Shown here one piece after another: positions 8,292-17,967 of a stretch of 64,000 nt of DNA. This stretch comes from Desulfurococcales archaeon. Its GTDB lineage: Archaea; Thermoproteota; Thermoprotei_A; Sulfolobales; NBVN01. The DNA lies in NCBI GenBank assembly GCA_027002995.1, contig JALWZB010000052.1, positions 196-64,195 of the forward strand, given 5' to 3'. How positions within the stretch are numbered: the stretch's first letter is position 1; each line of letters begins with the position of its first letter. Under the pieces are notes generated by a model that saw only the letters and a list, made by a program, of their open reading frames with translations, ran no database searches and was not told where the DNA came from. Position numbers and translations under genes: made by a program.

Positions 8292-11228
8292 ATGGTCAGC
8301 ACTAAGGACGCAGGTAAGAAGGGAGCTAAGCTAAGGTCACCAATAGTTACCGTGCTAGGACACGTAGATCATGGCAAGTGTCTTCACCCAGACGAGAGGG
8401 TGGTGTTAGCCAATGGTAGGTTAGTCAAGGTAAAGACGCTCTTTGAGGGTGTCGCAGGAGGCAACATCATTAATGCTGGGGATGGATATGAGTTCATTAA
8501 GAGAAAAATTGGGGTGACGACCCTCACCCCTCAAGCACGCGTGAGGCGCGGCAGGACGAGTAAAGTGTGGCGCGTTTGGTATGAAGGGTACCTATACGAG
8601 ATTACCCTAAGTGATGGAAGTAGGGTAAGGGTGACGCCAGAGCATCCGTTCCTGACTCTTGATGGATGGATTAGAGCGGGGGACATTACCGTGGATGACG
8701 CGGTCGCCGTAGCTACGAGCGTACCCAACCCGGAGAACTCGTGGAGCATTCTGGCCCGCATCGCACGCCTAGCGGGGATTAAGGAAGGTTTAGGACGTGT
8801 CGGTAGGGCCGCCTGGCGCCGTGCATTCGAACTCGTGGGCCTCAGGTGCGCTGGCCGGGTAATCGACTCGTCACTTAACGACACCATTGAAGCGGTAGCT
8901 GTCGCTAACGCTACGTCGGAGGTGCTCGCGGCCGCACTAGGGCTTAAGGTGAGTACCTCGGCTAAGCTCGCGGGGTGCGTACTCGCAGCCAGTAAGGCAT
9001 GGGGCGATAGTGTATTCGTGCCTGCCTCAGTCCTTCAAGCCCCGAATACCTTGCTTGGAGACTTCATCCGCGGCTTAGTGAAGGGGTCCGGAATCATAGA
9101 CCCTGAGACGCCTGAGATCCTGATCCCCGTCCCAAGCCTTGAGGCTGGTGTGGAGGTTAAGTATGTCCTAGCCCGCTTAGGCGTGTTCTCCTCCATCACC
9201 GAGTTAAGGACGCACCACTACGTTAGGGTTGCTGGCGTGAAGGACGTTGACTTACTCGCTAGGAAGGCAGGATTGAGAATCGATGTTATTGGTGAGGGTA
9301 GTATTGATGATGGCAGGGTCCTCAAGCTAGGTGACGTGCAGTTCATCAGCGTCAAGTCCATCCGCAGGATCCCGTATAAGGGATACCTTTACGACCTCTC
9401 CGTACCGCCAACGCAGTGTTTCATCGCCAATAACGTTGTAGTGCATAACACCACGCTCCTCGATAAGATACGTGGTACGGCAGTCGTTAAGAAAGAGCCT
9501 GGCGAAATGACCCAGCACGTCGGCGCATCAATGATTCCTGCCTCAGTAATAGAGAAGATCGTTGAGCCGCTCAAGTCAATGTTCCCAATAAAGCTTAAGA
9601 TCCCGGGCCTGCTCTTCATAGACACGCCTGGCCACGAGGCCTTCTCTAACTTAAGGAAGCGCGGAGGAAGCATAGCTGACTTCGCAATACTAGTCATCGA
9701 TGTTATGGAGGGCGTTGAGAAGCAAACCATCGAGAGTATCCAGATACTCATGAGTAGGAAGGTCCCCTTCGTTGTCGCCGCTAACAAGATAGATAGGATC
9801 TACGGGTGGAGGCCTCAGCCCGATCAACCCTTCCTCTTCTCAATGAGGCAGCAGAGCAAGAGGGCTTTAGAAGAGTTGGAACGGAGAATATATACCATCG
9901 CTGGACAGCTCTCTAGCTTAGGTATCCCTGCCGAGAGGTTCGACAGGATCAGGGACTTCACGAAGGCAATAGCGATCGTGCCAGTCTCAGCCAAGACAGG
10001 GGAGGGTATCCCCGAGCTACTTGCCGTCTTAGCCGGCTTGACGCAGAAGTACTTAACGAAGAGGATACTATTCACGGAGGGTCCGGCGAAGGGCGTTGTG
10101 CTGGAGGTTAAGGAAATACCTGGTCTGGGGACGTGCTTAGACGTCGTGATATATGACGGGATCCTGAGGCGTGGCGACATAATAGTCGTGGGCGGAATGA
10201 AGGAACCCATAGTTACTAGGGTTAGGGCCCTCCTCATGCCAAGGCCCCTCGAAGAGATGAGAGCCGCTAGTGAGTCGGCATTCAAGAACGTTGACGAGGT
10301 CGTGGCGGCGGCGGGCGTTAGGGTCAGCGCCCCCGGCCTTGAGGAAGCAATAGCTGGCGCGCCGCTGTACGCAGTGGAGAGCGAGGAGAAGGTTAAGGAG
10401 TATGTTGAGAAGGTGAGAGAGGAAGTAACGCAGGTGAGGTTCTCCAAGGACATTAACGGCGTCATAGTTAAGGCTGATACCCTAGGCACACTTGAGGCTG
10501 TCGTGGGCATGCTTGAGTCCAAAGGCATACCGGTTAGGCTAGCAGACGTAGGTCCCTTAACTAAGAGGGAGGTAATTGAGGCGTCAATAGTTGCGAAGCA
10601 GAACAGGTACTACGGTGTGGCGCTCCTGTTCAATGTCAAGCCACTACCAGACGCCGAGGAACTCGCTAGGAAGGAGGGTGTGCGCATATTCCAAGACTCG
10701 ATAATCTACAGGTTAATCGAGGCGTACGAGAACTGGGTGGCAAAGGAGAAGCAGAGGGAAGAATACTACGAACTCCTCAAAACGGTGTTCCCGGCTAAGT
10801 TCCAGGTGCTTCCCGGGTTCGTGTTCAGACGCAGTGACCCGGCAGTCGTCGGCATACGGGTGCTGGCGGGCGTGATCAGGCCTGGCTACCCGATAATGCG
10901 TGACGACGGAAGACCCCTTGGTAAGATATATCAAATCCAGAGCAAGGGTAAGAACTTAGATGAGGCGAAGGCTGGGAAAGAGGTCGCTATTTCAATTGAG
11001 GGCAACGTCTTAGTGGGTCGCCACTTCGATGAAGGCGACGTCCTCTACACCGACCCCAGCGAGAAGGATTTGGAGACTGTGTTAACTAGGTTCAGGAAGT
11101 ACGTGACTAAGGACATGCTACCCTTGATCGAGGAAATCATTAGGATCAAGAGGAAACGAGATAAGAGGTTCGGGTTACCTATACTCCTCAAGCTGAGGAG
11201 TTTGAAGAAGGAGTTTGAAGGTAAGTGA
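8292..11228 (+). CDS. infB: translation initiation factor aIF5B (IF2 homolog), intein-containing
   Basis: 978-aa ORF; GTPase P-loop GHVDHGK interrupted after Lys29; DTPGHEAF, NKID; extein is 621 aa after intein removal. Confidence 0.95.
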   Translation: MVSTKDAGKKGAKLRSPIVTVLGHVDHGKCLHPDERVVLANGRLVKVKTLFEGVAGGNIINAGDGYEFIKRKIGVTTLTPQARVRRGRTSKVWRVWYEGYLYEITLSDGSRVRVTPEHPFLTLDGWIRAGDITVDDAVAVATSVPNPENSWSILARIARLAGIKEGLGRVGRAAWRRAFELVGLRCAGRVIDSSLNDTIEAVAVANATSEVLAAALGLKVSTSAKLAGCVLAASKAWGDSVFVPASVLQAPNTLLGDFIRGLVKGSGIIDPETPEILIPVPSLEAGVEVKYVLARLGVFSSITELRTHHYVRVAGVKDVDLLARKAGLRIDVIGEGSIDDGRVLKLGDVQFISVKSIRRIPYKGYLYDLSVPPTQCFIANNVVVHNTTLLDKIRGTAVVKKEPGEMTQHVGASMIPASVIEKIVEPLKSMFPIKLKIPGLLFIDTPGHEAFSNLRKRGGSIADFAILVIDVMEGVEKQTIESIQILMSRKVPFVVAANKIDRIYGWRPQPDQPFLFSMRQQSKRALEELERRIYTIAGQLSSLGIPAERFDRIRDFTKAIAIVPVSAKTGEGIPELLAVLAGLTQKYLTKRILFTEGPAKGVVLEVKEIPGLGTCLDVVIYDGILRRGDIIVVGGMKEPIVTRVRALLMPRPLEEMRAASESAFKNVDEVVAAAGVRVSAPGLEEAIAGAPLYAVESEEKVKEYVEKVREEVTQVRFSKDINGVIVKADTLGTLEAVVGMLESKGIPVRLADVGPLTKREVIEASIVAKQNRYYGVALLFNVKPLPDAEELARKEGVRIFQDSIIYRLIEAYENWVAKEKQREEYYELLKTVFPAKFQVLPGFVFRRSDPAVVGIRVLAGVIRPGYPIMRDDGRPLGKIYQIQSKGKNLDEAKAGKEVAISIEGNVLVGRHFDEGDVLYTDPSEKDLETVLTRFRKYVTKDMLPLIEEIIRIKRKRDKRFGLPILLKLRSLKKEFEGK
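8379..9449 (+). mobile_element. intein (357 aa) in the aIF5B P-loop
   Basis: Starts with Cys (CLHPDERVVLANG) right after GHVDHGK, has block B VTPEHPF, ends VVVHN followed by Thr (TTLLDKIRG); central LLGDFIRGLVKGSG resembles a degenerate LAGLIDADG motif. Confidence 0.9.
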
Positions 11229-11254
11229 TTTTCCTGTTATACATAAACACGTCC

Positions 11255-11674
11255 TTAAAACTCACCGCAATCGGGGGAGAAGACCACGCTTATTTCATAT
11301 TCAGCTCTTTCAGGGCTGTCGGCTGCGTGCACTATGTTTTCTTGAATCGATAAGGCGTAATCGCCCCTAATGGTTCCCGGAGGTGCTTTGCGCCCATCGG
11401 TCGGGCCTATTAGGTTCCTGACGACGCTTATTGCCTCGTCACCCTCAACGATCATCGCTACTATGGGTCCGGAGCTCATGAAGGTTACTAAGTCCTCGAA
11501 GAATGGCTTGCCCTTATGGATGTCATAGAGCCTCTCCATGCACGCGCGTGTTGCGCGTATCATCCTTAGCTTAACTATTTTCAGGCCCTTGGCTTCCAGC
11601 CTCCTTATGACTTCGCCGATTAAGCCGCGCCTAACGCCGTCAGGCTTGACGATAACCAGCTCGCGCTGGTTCAA
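11255..11674 (-). CDS. ndk: nucleoside diphosphate kinase
   Basis: 139-aa ORF; [27 protein letters not shown] active-site region. Confidence 0.95.
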   Translation of the reverse strand: MNQRELVIVKPDGVRRGLIGEVIRRLEAKGLKIVKLRMIRATRACMERLYDIHKGKPFFEDLVTFMSSGPIVAMIVEGDEAISVVRNLIGPTDGRKAPPGTIRGDYALSIQENIVHAADSPERAEYEISVVFSPDCGEF

Positions 11675-11679
11675 TCAGT

Positions 11680-11871
11680 TCACCTTCTTGACTTCTTGCC
11701 AAGGTAATACGCTGTCCATGGTAGCCTCTTCGGGTCCCTGCCTAACTTGAAGTTCTTGAAGCACTTGCTTGAGCAGAACCAGAGTATCGTGCCGTCATTC
11801 TTAACGTACATTATCCCCGTGCCAGGCTCGACAGGCCCCCCGCAGAATGAGCATCGCTTCGGCCTAGGCAT
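11680..11871 (-). CDS. rpl24e: 50S ribosomal protein L24e
   Basis: 63-aa ORF; zinc-ribbon CSFCG...[22 protein letters not shown]. Confidence 0.95.
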   Translation of the reverse strand: MPRPKRCSFCGGPVEPGTGIMYVKNDGTILWFCSSKCFKNFKLGRDPKRLPWTAYYLGKKSRR

Positions 11872-11921
11872 CCCTTACACCCCCTCAGACTAGTGAATCA
11901 ACTTAAAAGTTTGAGGCTACC

Positions 11922-12188
11922 TTACCTCCTAGTTGAGAGCTTCCTCGCTTCCCTCTCCGTCTCTCTTAGGATCACTATGTCGCCGATCCTCACCGGGCCC
12001 TTAATGTTCCTCGCTATGATCCTTCCCTTGTCCCTTCCTTCAAGAACCCTTACTCTGACCTGGGTTATCTCGCCGGTAACACCTGTCCTACCAACAATCT
12101 GTATTACCTCGGCTGGGAACCCGAACTCCTCGATGACGTTTACCTGCGGTTGACTGACGTCTATCTTCTTCTTACCTTCCTCTGCCAC
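11922..12188 (-). CDS. rps28e: 30S ribosomal protein S28e
   Basis: [57 protein letters not shown]. Confidence 0.9.
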   Translation of the reverse strand: MAEEGKKKIDVSQPQVNVIEEFGFPAEVIQIVGRTGVTGEITQVRVRVLEGRDKGRIIARNIKGPVRIGDIVILRETEREARKLSTRR

Positions 12189-12346
12189 GACCCAAGCACC
12201 GTAGTTTCTAGGTTCTGCGGTTTTAAAAGAATTCCTTAGTGCGTGGCATGCAGTTGTTAAGGATTGATGTAACGCTTCTAACTTTTGTGTGAGTAGTTAT
12301 TAAAAATGAGTGGTTCCCGTAGTTGTTTGCTTGCGTTGCCTTAGGT

Positions 12347-12751
12347 TTAGGCTTTAGTCTTGAGTTCTTCGTAGGCTTTGATTAGCTCATCGACTAGGTC
12401 CTTGGCTTCACCGGGGTCGACGATGGCTACTGAAGATGCTTGGACCTCGATGCCCGCCATCTCTCCGAGCTTCTTCTTGCTTGGGACGTATAGGTAGGGC
12501 ACCTTCTTCTCCTCGCAGAGGAGTGGTAGGTGCATGACTACCTCAGGTGGGTCGACGTCTTCGGCTATAAGTACTAGCTTCGCTAGTCCCCTCTCGACAG
12601 CCTTGGTTGTTTCGTTGACGCCCTTCCTAACCTTACCACCGGTTTCCCTAGCCTTCTTGACTGCTTCGTACGCTTTCTCGGCTATTTCAGGTGGCACCTC
12701 AAACCTTACGTATGGGGGCTTGCTCATTCTCATCCACCTCGGTCGTCGCAA
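12347..12751 (-). CDS. rpl7ae: 50S ribosomal protein L7Ae (K-turn binding)
   Basis: [43 protein letters not shown]; the true start may be an internal Met ([12 protein letters not shown]). Confidence 0.95.
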   Translation of the reverse strand: MRRPRWMRMSKPPYVRFEVPPEIAEKAYEAVKKARETGGKVRKGVNETTKAVERGLAKLVLIAEDVDPPEVVMHLPLLCEEKKVPYLYVPSKKKLGEMAGIEVQASSVAIVDPGEAKDLVDELIKAYEELKTKA

Positions 12752-12790
12752 TCACTACTCTCTAGGGGCGCTTAAAAGCGTAGCGCCCTG

Positions 12791-14596
12791 TTACTTATGC
12801 ATGAATACTGCCTCGACCCTAACGCCTTCCTTAGAGCGGGTCACGCCCCGCACCTTAATGAACCCGTACCTCACGAACTGATACCTATCTCCCGGTGATG
12901 CCTGCGCTAAGGAGGGTTCCGCCATGCCCTCATCCACCATTAGCTCTAAGCCCTCAGGTACTTTCACACGCACCGTTACGGGGGTCGTTACCGGTACCCA
13001 CTGAATTATCCTCATCCTTTCCTGCTTTGCTTGCTCGACGCTACTTCCTAAGTACCTCGCTACCGCCTTAGTGTGCCCCTCAGTAGCGATTATCTCGACG
13101 TTACATAAGCCCATGAGCCTAACTCTCAACGCCTTACCCTTAGCAGTGAGGCTCTCTAAGTCCTTCTTCGATATGTAGACAACCGGCTTGCCGTTCTCTA
13201 CGCTGACCTCGATTTCCCTTGCGCCTAAGCCCTTATTATCTGGGTGGTATGGCAGGCTTGTCTTTCTTGGACCCTCGTATGATTCTATTACTAGCTTTAT
13301 CGGGTTGAAGACCGCCATTACCCTCCTCGTCGCCGAGTCTATGATACTTCTGTTGAGGGCCGCTATGTTATCCCAGCTTATGGTTGCGTCGTTGGGGTTC
13401 GTCCCTACCTGCAGTATTATCCTGCGCAGTGTTTCTGCCTCTATGCCCCTATTCCTCAGGGAGGCAACGGTCCCGAACCTTATGTCGTCCGGTCCGCTGA
13501 ACTTGCCTGGGTTCTCCTCAATTAGCTTCTTTATTTGCGACTTACTTAGTATCAGTCCCTCCAGCTTCAGCCTACCTAGGTTTATGACGGTTGGGTACTC
13601 CCAACCGAAATGTGTGTAGAGGTAGCCCTGCTTCACCGTGTTCACTGCGTGTTCCTTCCCTCTCAGTATGTGGGTCACTCCAAGGAGGTGGTCATCAACA
13701 GCTGCTGCGAAGTTGTATGTTGGCCACACAACATACTTCGACCCGACTATGGGGTGTGGATGCTTGTCCGTGTCTATTATCCTGAAGGCGACCCAATCTA
13801 TCACTGAGGGGTCCTTATGCGTGATGTCCGTCTTCACCCTCAGCACTGCCTCACCCTCACTGAAGTGGTCTGAGATCATCTTCTCGAAGAGCTCCAGGTT
13901 CTCTTCAACACTCTGGTCCCTGTGCGGGCATGGCTTCCTCCCGAGCTTGTACTTGAGGAACTCCTCTTGCGAACAGAGATCTACGTACGCTCCCCCTCTC
14001 CTAATCAATTCCTTAGCTAGGTCGTAGTATATCTCCATCCTCAGGGACTGGATGTACTCCTCATCCCACTTAACGCCCAGCCACTCAAGGTCCTCCCGAA
14101 TCAGCCTGTAGGCTTCAGGCATTGGGGGCTTGGTCTTAGGGTCGGTGTCCTCGAACCTAAGTATCATCTTCCCTTTGTACCTGCGGGCGTACTCGCAACT
14201 TAGTATTGCTGGCCTAGCGTTGCCTAGGTGTATTAGGAAGTCCGGGTTGGGGGCGAACCTAGTCACTACCTTCCCTTCAGACGCGTTGGGGAGGGGCGGT
14301 AACCCTCCCTTAGCCTTCCTTTCCTCCTTCCTGCTTTCCTCAGGGGGCTTTAGCTCGCTTAGCCTACGTTCCTGCTCCTCTAGGGTTAAGCTATTCACTT
14401 CCTTCACTACCCTAGCCACGAACCTTCCTAACTCCGGCATTACCTCCTTCCTACGTAGCTCAGGGTGCCTGCCTAACACCTTATTTATTACTGGGCCGGG
14501 CCTTGCCTTACCGCCGTGTTCCACCGCGTTCAGTAGTGCGTAGTATGTGACTTCATCGCGTATCTTCTCGAGGATCTCCTTAACATCGTCGCTCAT
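12791..14596 (-). CDS. gltX: glutamyl-tRNA synthetase (archaeal type)
   Basis: 601-aa ORF; HLGNARPAIL (HIGH), ILRFEDTDP, LSKS-type loop. Confidence 0.93.
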   Translation of the reverse strand: MSDDVKEILEKIRDEVTYYALLNAVEHGGKARPGPVINKVLGRHPELRRKEVMPELGRFVARVVKEVNSLTLEEQERRLSELKPPEESRKEERKAKGGLPPLPNASEGKVVTRFAPNPDFLIHLGNARPAILSCEYARRYKGKMILRFEDTDPKTKPPMPEAYRLIREDLEWLGVKWDEEYIQSLRMEIYYDLAKELIRRGGAYVDLCSQEEFLKYKLGRKPCPHRDQSVEENLELFEKMISDHFSEGEAVLRVKTDITHKDPSVIDWVAFRIIDTDKHPHPIVGSKYVVWPTYNFAAAVDDHLLGVTHILRGKEHAVNTVKQGYLYTHFGWEYPTVINLGRLKLEGLILSKSQIKKLIEENPGKFSGPDDIRFGTVASLRNRGIEAETLRRIILQVGTNPNDATISWDNIAALNRSIIDSATRRVMAVFNPIKLVIESYEGPRKTSLPYHPDNKGLGAREIEVSVENGKPVVYISKKDLESLTAKGKALRVRLMGLCNVEIIATEGHTKAVARYLGSSVEQAKQERMRIIQWVPVTTPVTVRVKVPEGLELMVDEGMAEPSLAQASPGDRYQFVRYGFIKVRGVTRSKEGVRVEAVFMHK

Positions 14597-15027
14597 TCCT
14601 CAACGCCCTCCGAAGCAACGTATATGCGGTAGTGATCCGGTTTCTCGCCGAGTACCTCCTCTATAAAGATTATCTTGCCTGCTTTGGGGGTTTTGATTGT
14701 TCTTCCCTCGCCTTTCCCCGTTATTATGTACCCTAGCTTGCTCCAGCGCTCCACGTCCTCGGTCTCGTCCTTTATTAGGTAGACCTCTCTTCCCTCGGCC
14801 TCTATTACTTCGATGCTCGTGCCTTTGGGTGCCTTAACGCATTTGCCTAGGCGTTCGTTGCACACTATCACTGTTTCCTTAGCCGTGCCTTCTCGCAGGA
14901 GTTCAGGTATGCTCTCGCAGGGAACCTCCTCTCTCCTTTCTTCACGCTCTACGTAGCACTTTGTCGCGCCGTAGTATTTCCTGAGTTTCTCGAGTTCCTT
15001 TCTTACGCGTTCGGTTGCGCGTCCCAT
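14593..15027 (-). CDS. conserved hypothetical protein (144 aa)
   Basis: ORF whose stop overlaps the gltX start by 4 nt (ATGA); the C-terminal ITGKGEGRTIKTPKAGKIIFIEEV weakly resembles a lipoyl/biotinyl-like hybrid barrel. Confidence 0.65.
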   Translation of the reverse strand: MGRATERVRKELEKLRKYYGATKCYVEREERREEVPCESIPELLREGTAKETVIVCNERLGKCVKAPKGTSIEVIEAEGREVYLIKDETEDVERWSKLGYIITGKGEGRTIKTPKAGKIIFIEEVLGEKPDHYRIYVASEGVEE

Positions 15028-15030
15028 CGC

Positions 15031-16050
15031 TTACTTTCCTCGCAGGATTACGTACTGGCCTAAATCCTCAAGTAATTTGCGTGCCTCCTCATCAACCGGT
15101 TTCGTGTTACGCAGAGCGCTTAACGCATCCTCAAAGTACTTCCTAGCTTCCTCCCGGGCGTACTCCACCGCGCCCGTCTTCTTTATTAGGTTAGCTGCTT
15201 CCTCCAGCTCCTCCCTAGTGGCGTCTTTCTTGCCTAGCGTGCCCAGCAACTTACTGCGTTCTTCGGGGCTGAGGTGTTTGAGCGCGTAGATCACTAGTAT
15301 TGTTTTCTTGCCTTCCCGTATATCGCTGTATACTGGCTTACCTAGCTTTTCCTCCGTAGAGGTCAGGCCCAGGATGTCGTCCTGTATCTGGAACGCTATC
15401 CCTATTCCGCGGGCGTAGCGGGATAGTTTCTCGAGTTCCTCCTGCGGCGCGCCAGCGAGTATTGCGCCTATTAGTAGGCTTGCTTCGAAGAGAGCCCCGG
15501 TCTTCTTGTAGACCATCGTTACGTACTCATCGAGGGTTACGTTGTCCCTCTTAACCATGTCAAACTCTAGGGCTTGACCCTCGGCTATCGTTGTCGACGC
15601 CCAACTTAGCTTATTGAGGGCCTCCACAACCCTGTCTGGCGGGACGCGCTCCGCTAGCTTACCTAGGGCTTCGAAGGCCTTTGCAAAGAGGAGGTCGCCA
15701 GCTATTATCGCTACGTCGGTGCCCCACAGTACGTGGACCGTGGGTACTCCCCTCCTTAGGTTGTCCCTGTCGATTATGTCATCGTGTATTAGGGTGAAGT
15801 TATGAAGTATCTCGACTGCCGCGCCTGCCTTAACGCCTAGTTCCTCCGGTAATCCGTACATTCGGCCAGCTAAAACCGTGGCTAGGGGCCTTAACCTCTT
15901 GCCCCCAGCCCTTATGAGGTGCATTGCGGCTTCGTAGAGGTACTGGGGTTCACCCTTAACTATCTCCTCTATGGTTCTGTTCGTGAGTTCGGCAATGTAT
16001 TTAGCATACTTTAACAGTCCTCCGAACCTCTCCCTTAACTCTTCGGTCAA
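15031..16050 (-). CDS. idsA: geranylgeranyl diphosphate synthase (trans-prenyltransferase)
   Basis: 339-aa ORF; both Asp-rich motifs, LIHDDIIDRD and FQIQDDILG. Confidence 0.9.
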   Translation of the reverse strand: MTEELRERFGGLLKYAKYIAELTNRTIEEIVKGEPQYLYEAAMHLIRAGGKRLRPLATVLAGRMYGLPEELGVKAGAAVEILHNFTLIHDDIIDRDNLRRGVPTVHVLWGTDVAIIAGDLLFAKAFEALGKLAERVPPDRVVEALNKLSWASTTIAEGQALEFDMVKRDNVTLDEYVTMVYKKTGALFEASLLIGAILAGAPQEELEKLSRYARGIGIAFQIQDDILGLTSTEEKLGKPVYSDIREGKKTILVIYALKHLSPEERSKLLGTLGKKDATREELEEAANLIKKTGAVEYAREEARKYFEDALSALRNTKPVDEEARKLLEDLGQYVILRGK

Positions 16051-16084
16051 GCGTTCAACACCAAGAGTTAGGTGGGGTACTGAA

Positions 16085-17173
16085 TTAATAAGTGAGGTAG
16101 TGACCTGGTTTCAGGCCCCGCGCGCTCACCCAGTGGGTTAGGGGCGGCGTTATTATTGGTTTCAGGCGCTTCAGTTCCTCTACGTTGCGGGCTCCCGTCA
16201 TGAGCACTGCCATCCTGAATGAATGTATTAAGGCTTTCGTGAACTCCCTCAGCTTGCCTGAAGCGTAGGCTTTGAGGAAAGGCAGGGCCATCCCTGCTGC
16301 GTCAGCCCCTATCACTATGGCTTTAACGACGTCGACCGCTGTTCTTATCCCTCCGGACCCTATGATGTAGGCGTCGGGAGCCGCGTTCCTCACCTCAATT
16401 ATTGAGGCCGCCGTCGGTATTCCCCACGTTAGGAGGTTCCTTGCTACTCCCTCCTTAACGTGGTCCCCTGCTTTCATCGCCCTGTACATCTCCACCTTGA
16501 CCCAGTTGGTTCCCCCGGCTCCCTCCACGTCGAAGTGCTTTATCCCCACGGACCTCAGCGTGCTTGCTACCTCCTTTGATAAGCCGTTTCCAACCTCCTT
16601 CACGATCACCGGTACTGGGGATTCGAGGATGAGCCTCTCTAAGCTCTTGATTATGCCTTTCATTGATGGTGTTCCTTCGGGTTGTGCCGCTTCCTGCGCT
16701 AGGTTTAGGTGCACTGCTAAGGCGTCAGCGTCAATCATCTCAACAACCTTCAGGATCTTTGCTGGCGGGTACTTGACCACCTCCACCGCACCTATGTTAG
16801 CTATTATTGGGGCTGTGGGGGCTGCCTTCCTAACTACCTTGAACGTGTATTCTAGGTTCGGGTTCTCCAGTGCCGCCCTCTGGCTACCGACGCCCAGGGC
16901 GAGCCTTTCCTCTTCGGCGATCGAGGCTAGGGCTGCATTTATTTTCTCAGTTCCTGGAGCGCCGCCGGTCATTCCCGAAATTATTAGCGGTGCAGATAAC
17001 TCCTTGCCTAGGAACCTTACCCTAGTGTCCACATCCTCGGGGCCTGCGTCGATGAGGGCTTGGTGCGGTATGTGAACGCATTCGAGGAGCGTTGTTAGTG
17101 GACCCTCTACGTCCTCCTTGAGAACTACGTCTATGTGCTGCAACTTTCTTTCCGCGTTATCGTCTAGAACCAT
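16085..17173 (-). CDS. fni: isopentenyl-diphosphate delta-isomerase, type 2 (FMN-dependent)
   Basis: 362-aa TIM-barrel ORF; ISGMTGG, VKEVGNGLS, GSGGIRT motifs. Confidence 0.92.
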   Translation of the reverse strand: MVLDDNAERKLQHIDVVLKEDVEGPLTTLLECVHIPHQALIDAGPEDVDTRVRFLGKELSAPLIISGMTGGAPGTEKINAALASIAEEERLALGVGSQRAALENPNLEYTFKVVRKAAPTAPIIANIGAVEVVKYPPAKILKVVEMIDADALAVHLNLAQEAAQPEGTPSMKGIIKSLERLILESPVPVIVKEVGNGLSKEVASTLRSVGIKHFDVEGAGGTNWVKVEMYRAMKAGDHVKEGVARNLLTWGIPTAASIIEVRNAAPDAYIIGSGGIRTAVDVVKAIVIGADAAGMALPFLKAYASGKLREFTKALIHSFRMAVLMTGARNVEELKRLKPIITPPLTHWVSARGLKPGHYLTY

Positions 17174-17967
17174 ACTACAGTACCTCTCACTTTCCTTCCT
17201 TGGAGGGCATTAATTAAGTTGTGAGGTTTGAGCCCGTTAATTATGAGGGCCTTAACCCCCTTCACACCGAGCCTTAACCCTGCTTCGATCTTGAACTTCA
17301 TCGCGCCCGTCACGTCTGCTTTCCCTCTAGTATCGGTCGATAGCGTCGCTAGGCCCCGCACTAGTTCCTGTGCCTGAACCTCAGGTATTAGCTTCGCGTG
17401 AGGATTTAGGCGGGGATCTGCGGTGAATATTCCGTCAACGTCCGTCAGGAATATCACGGTGTTCGCCCTCAATTCCTTCGCAAGCAACCATACTAAGACG
17501 TCTCCTGAGATCACCTTAAAACCCCCGCCCTTCGCGGGGGCTACATCCCCGAACATTACTGGGATCACGCCTGCGTGAACGAGTTCCTTAACCATGCTTA
17601 GGTCGCAGTCCGCTAGGTCATCCTTTAATGCGATACACACAGCGCGGGTGGGTGTGGAGACCGCCGGCACACCACCCAGCACTAAGGCTCTCACGACCTC
17701 TGCGTTCAGTATGGTCATGTAGTGCGCCACCCTCGTAAAGCACTCCCTACTTATCACGCCCCCATGCTCTAAGCACTCCCTAACCAAGGGATGGCCGAAG
17801 GAGCCGCCGCCATGGACTAGGGCAATGTAGGCGTCGCCGCTAGCCCCTCTTAAGTACGTGCTTAGGTCTGCAGCTATGCTGGCTAGGACGTCCCTCCTGA
17901 TGGAGAAGGGCTTGCTCTTATCGGTTATGACGGAGCCTCCTAGCTTGATTATTGTTGCGTTGCTCAA
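17164..17967 (-). CDS. ipk: isopentenyl phosphate kinase
   Basis: 267-aa amino-acid-kinase fold; IIKLGGSVITDK, VHGGGSFGH; TTG start. Confidence 0.88.
   Translation of the reverse strand: MSNATIIKLGGSVITDKSKPFSIRRDVLASIAADLSTYLRGASGDAYIALVHGGGSFGHPLVRECLEHGGVISRECFTRVAHYMTILNAEVVRALVLGGVPAVSTPTRAVCIALKDDLADCDLSMVKELVHAGVIPVMFGDVAPAKGGGFKVISGDVLVWLLAKELRANTVIFLTDVDGIFTADPRLNPHAKLIPEVQAQELVRGLATLSTDTRGKADVTGAMKFKIEAGLRLGVKGVKALIINGLKPHNLINALQGRKVRGTVVWF

Noticed and set aside
12764-12789. An imperfect hairpin AGGGGCGC-loop-GCGCCCT between the gltX stop and the rpl7ae start
   Set aside because: The stem is 7 bp with a bulge. The loop contains the TTAAAAG box that is more simply the rpl7ae TATA element, and archaeal termination does not require hairpins.
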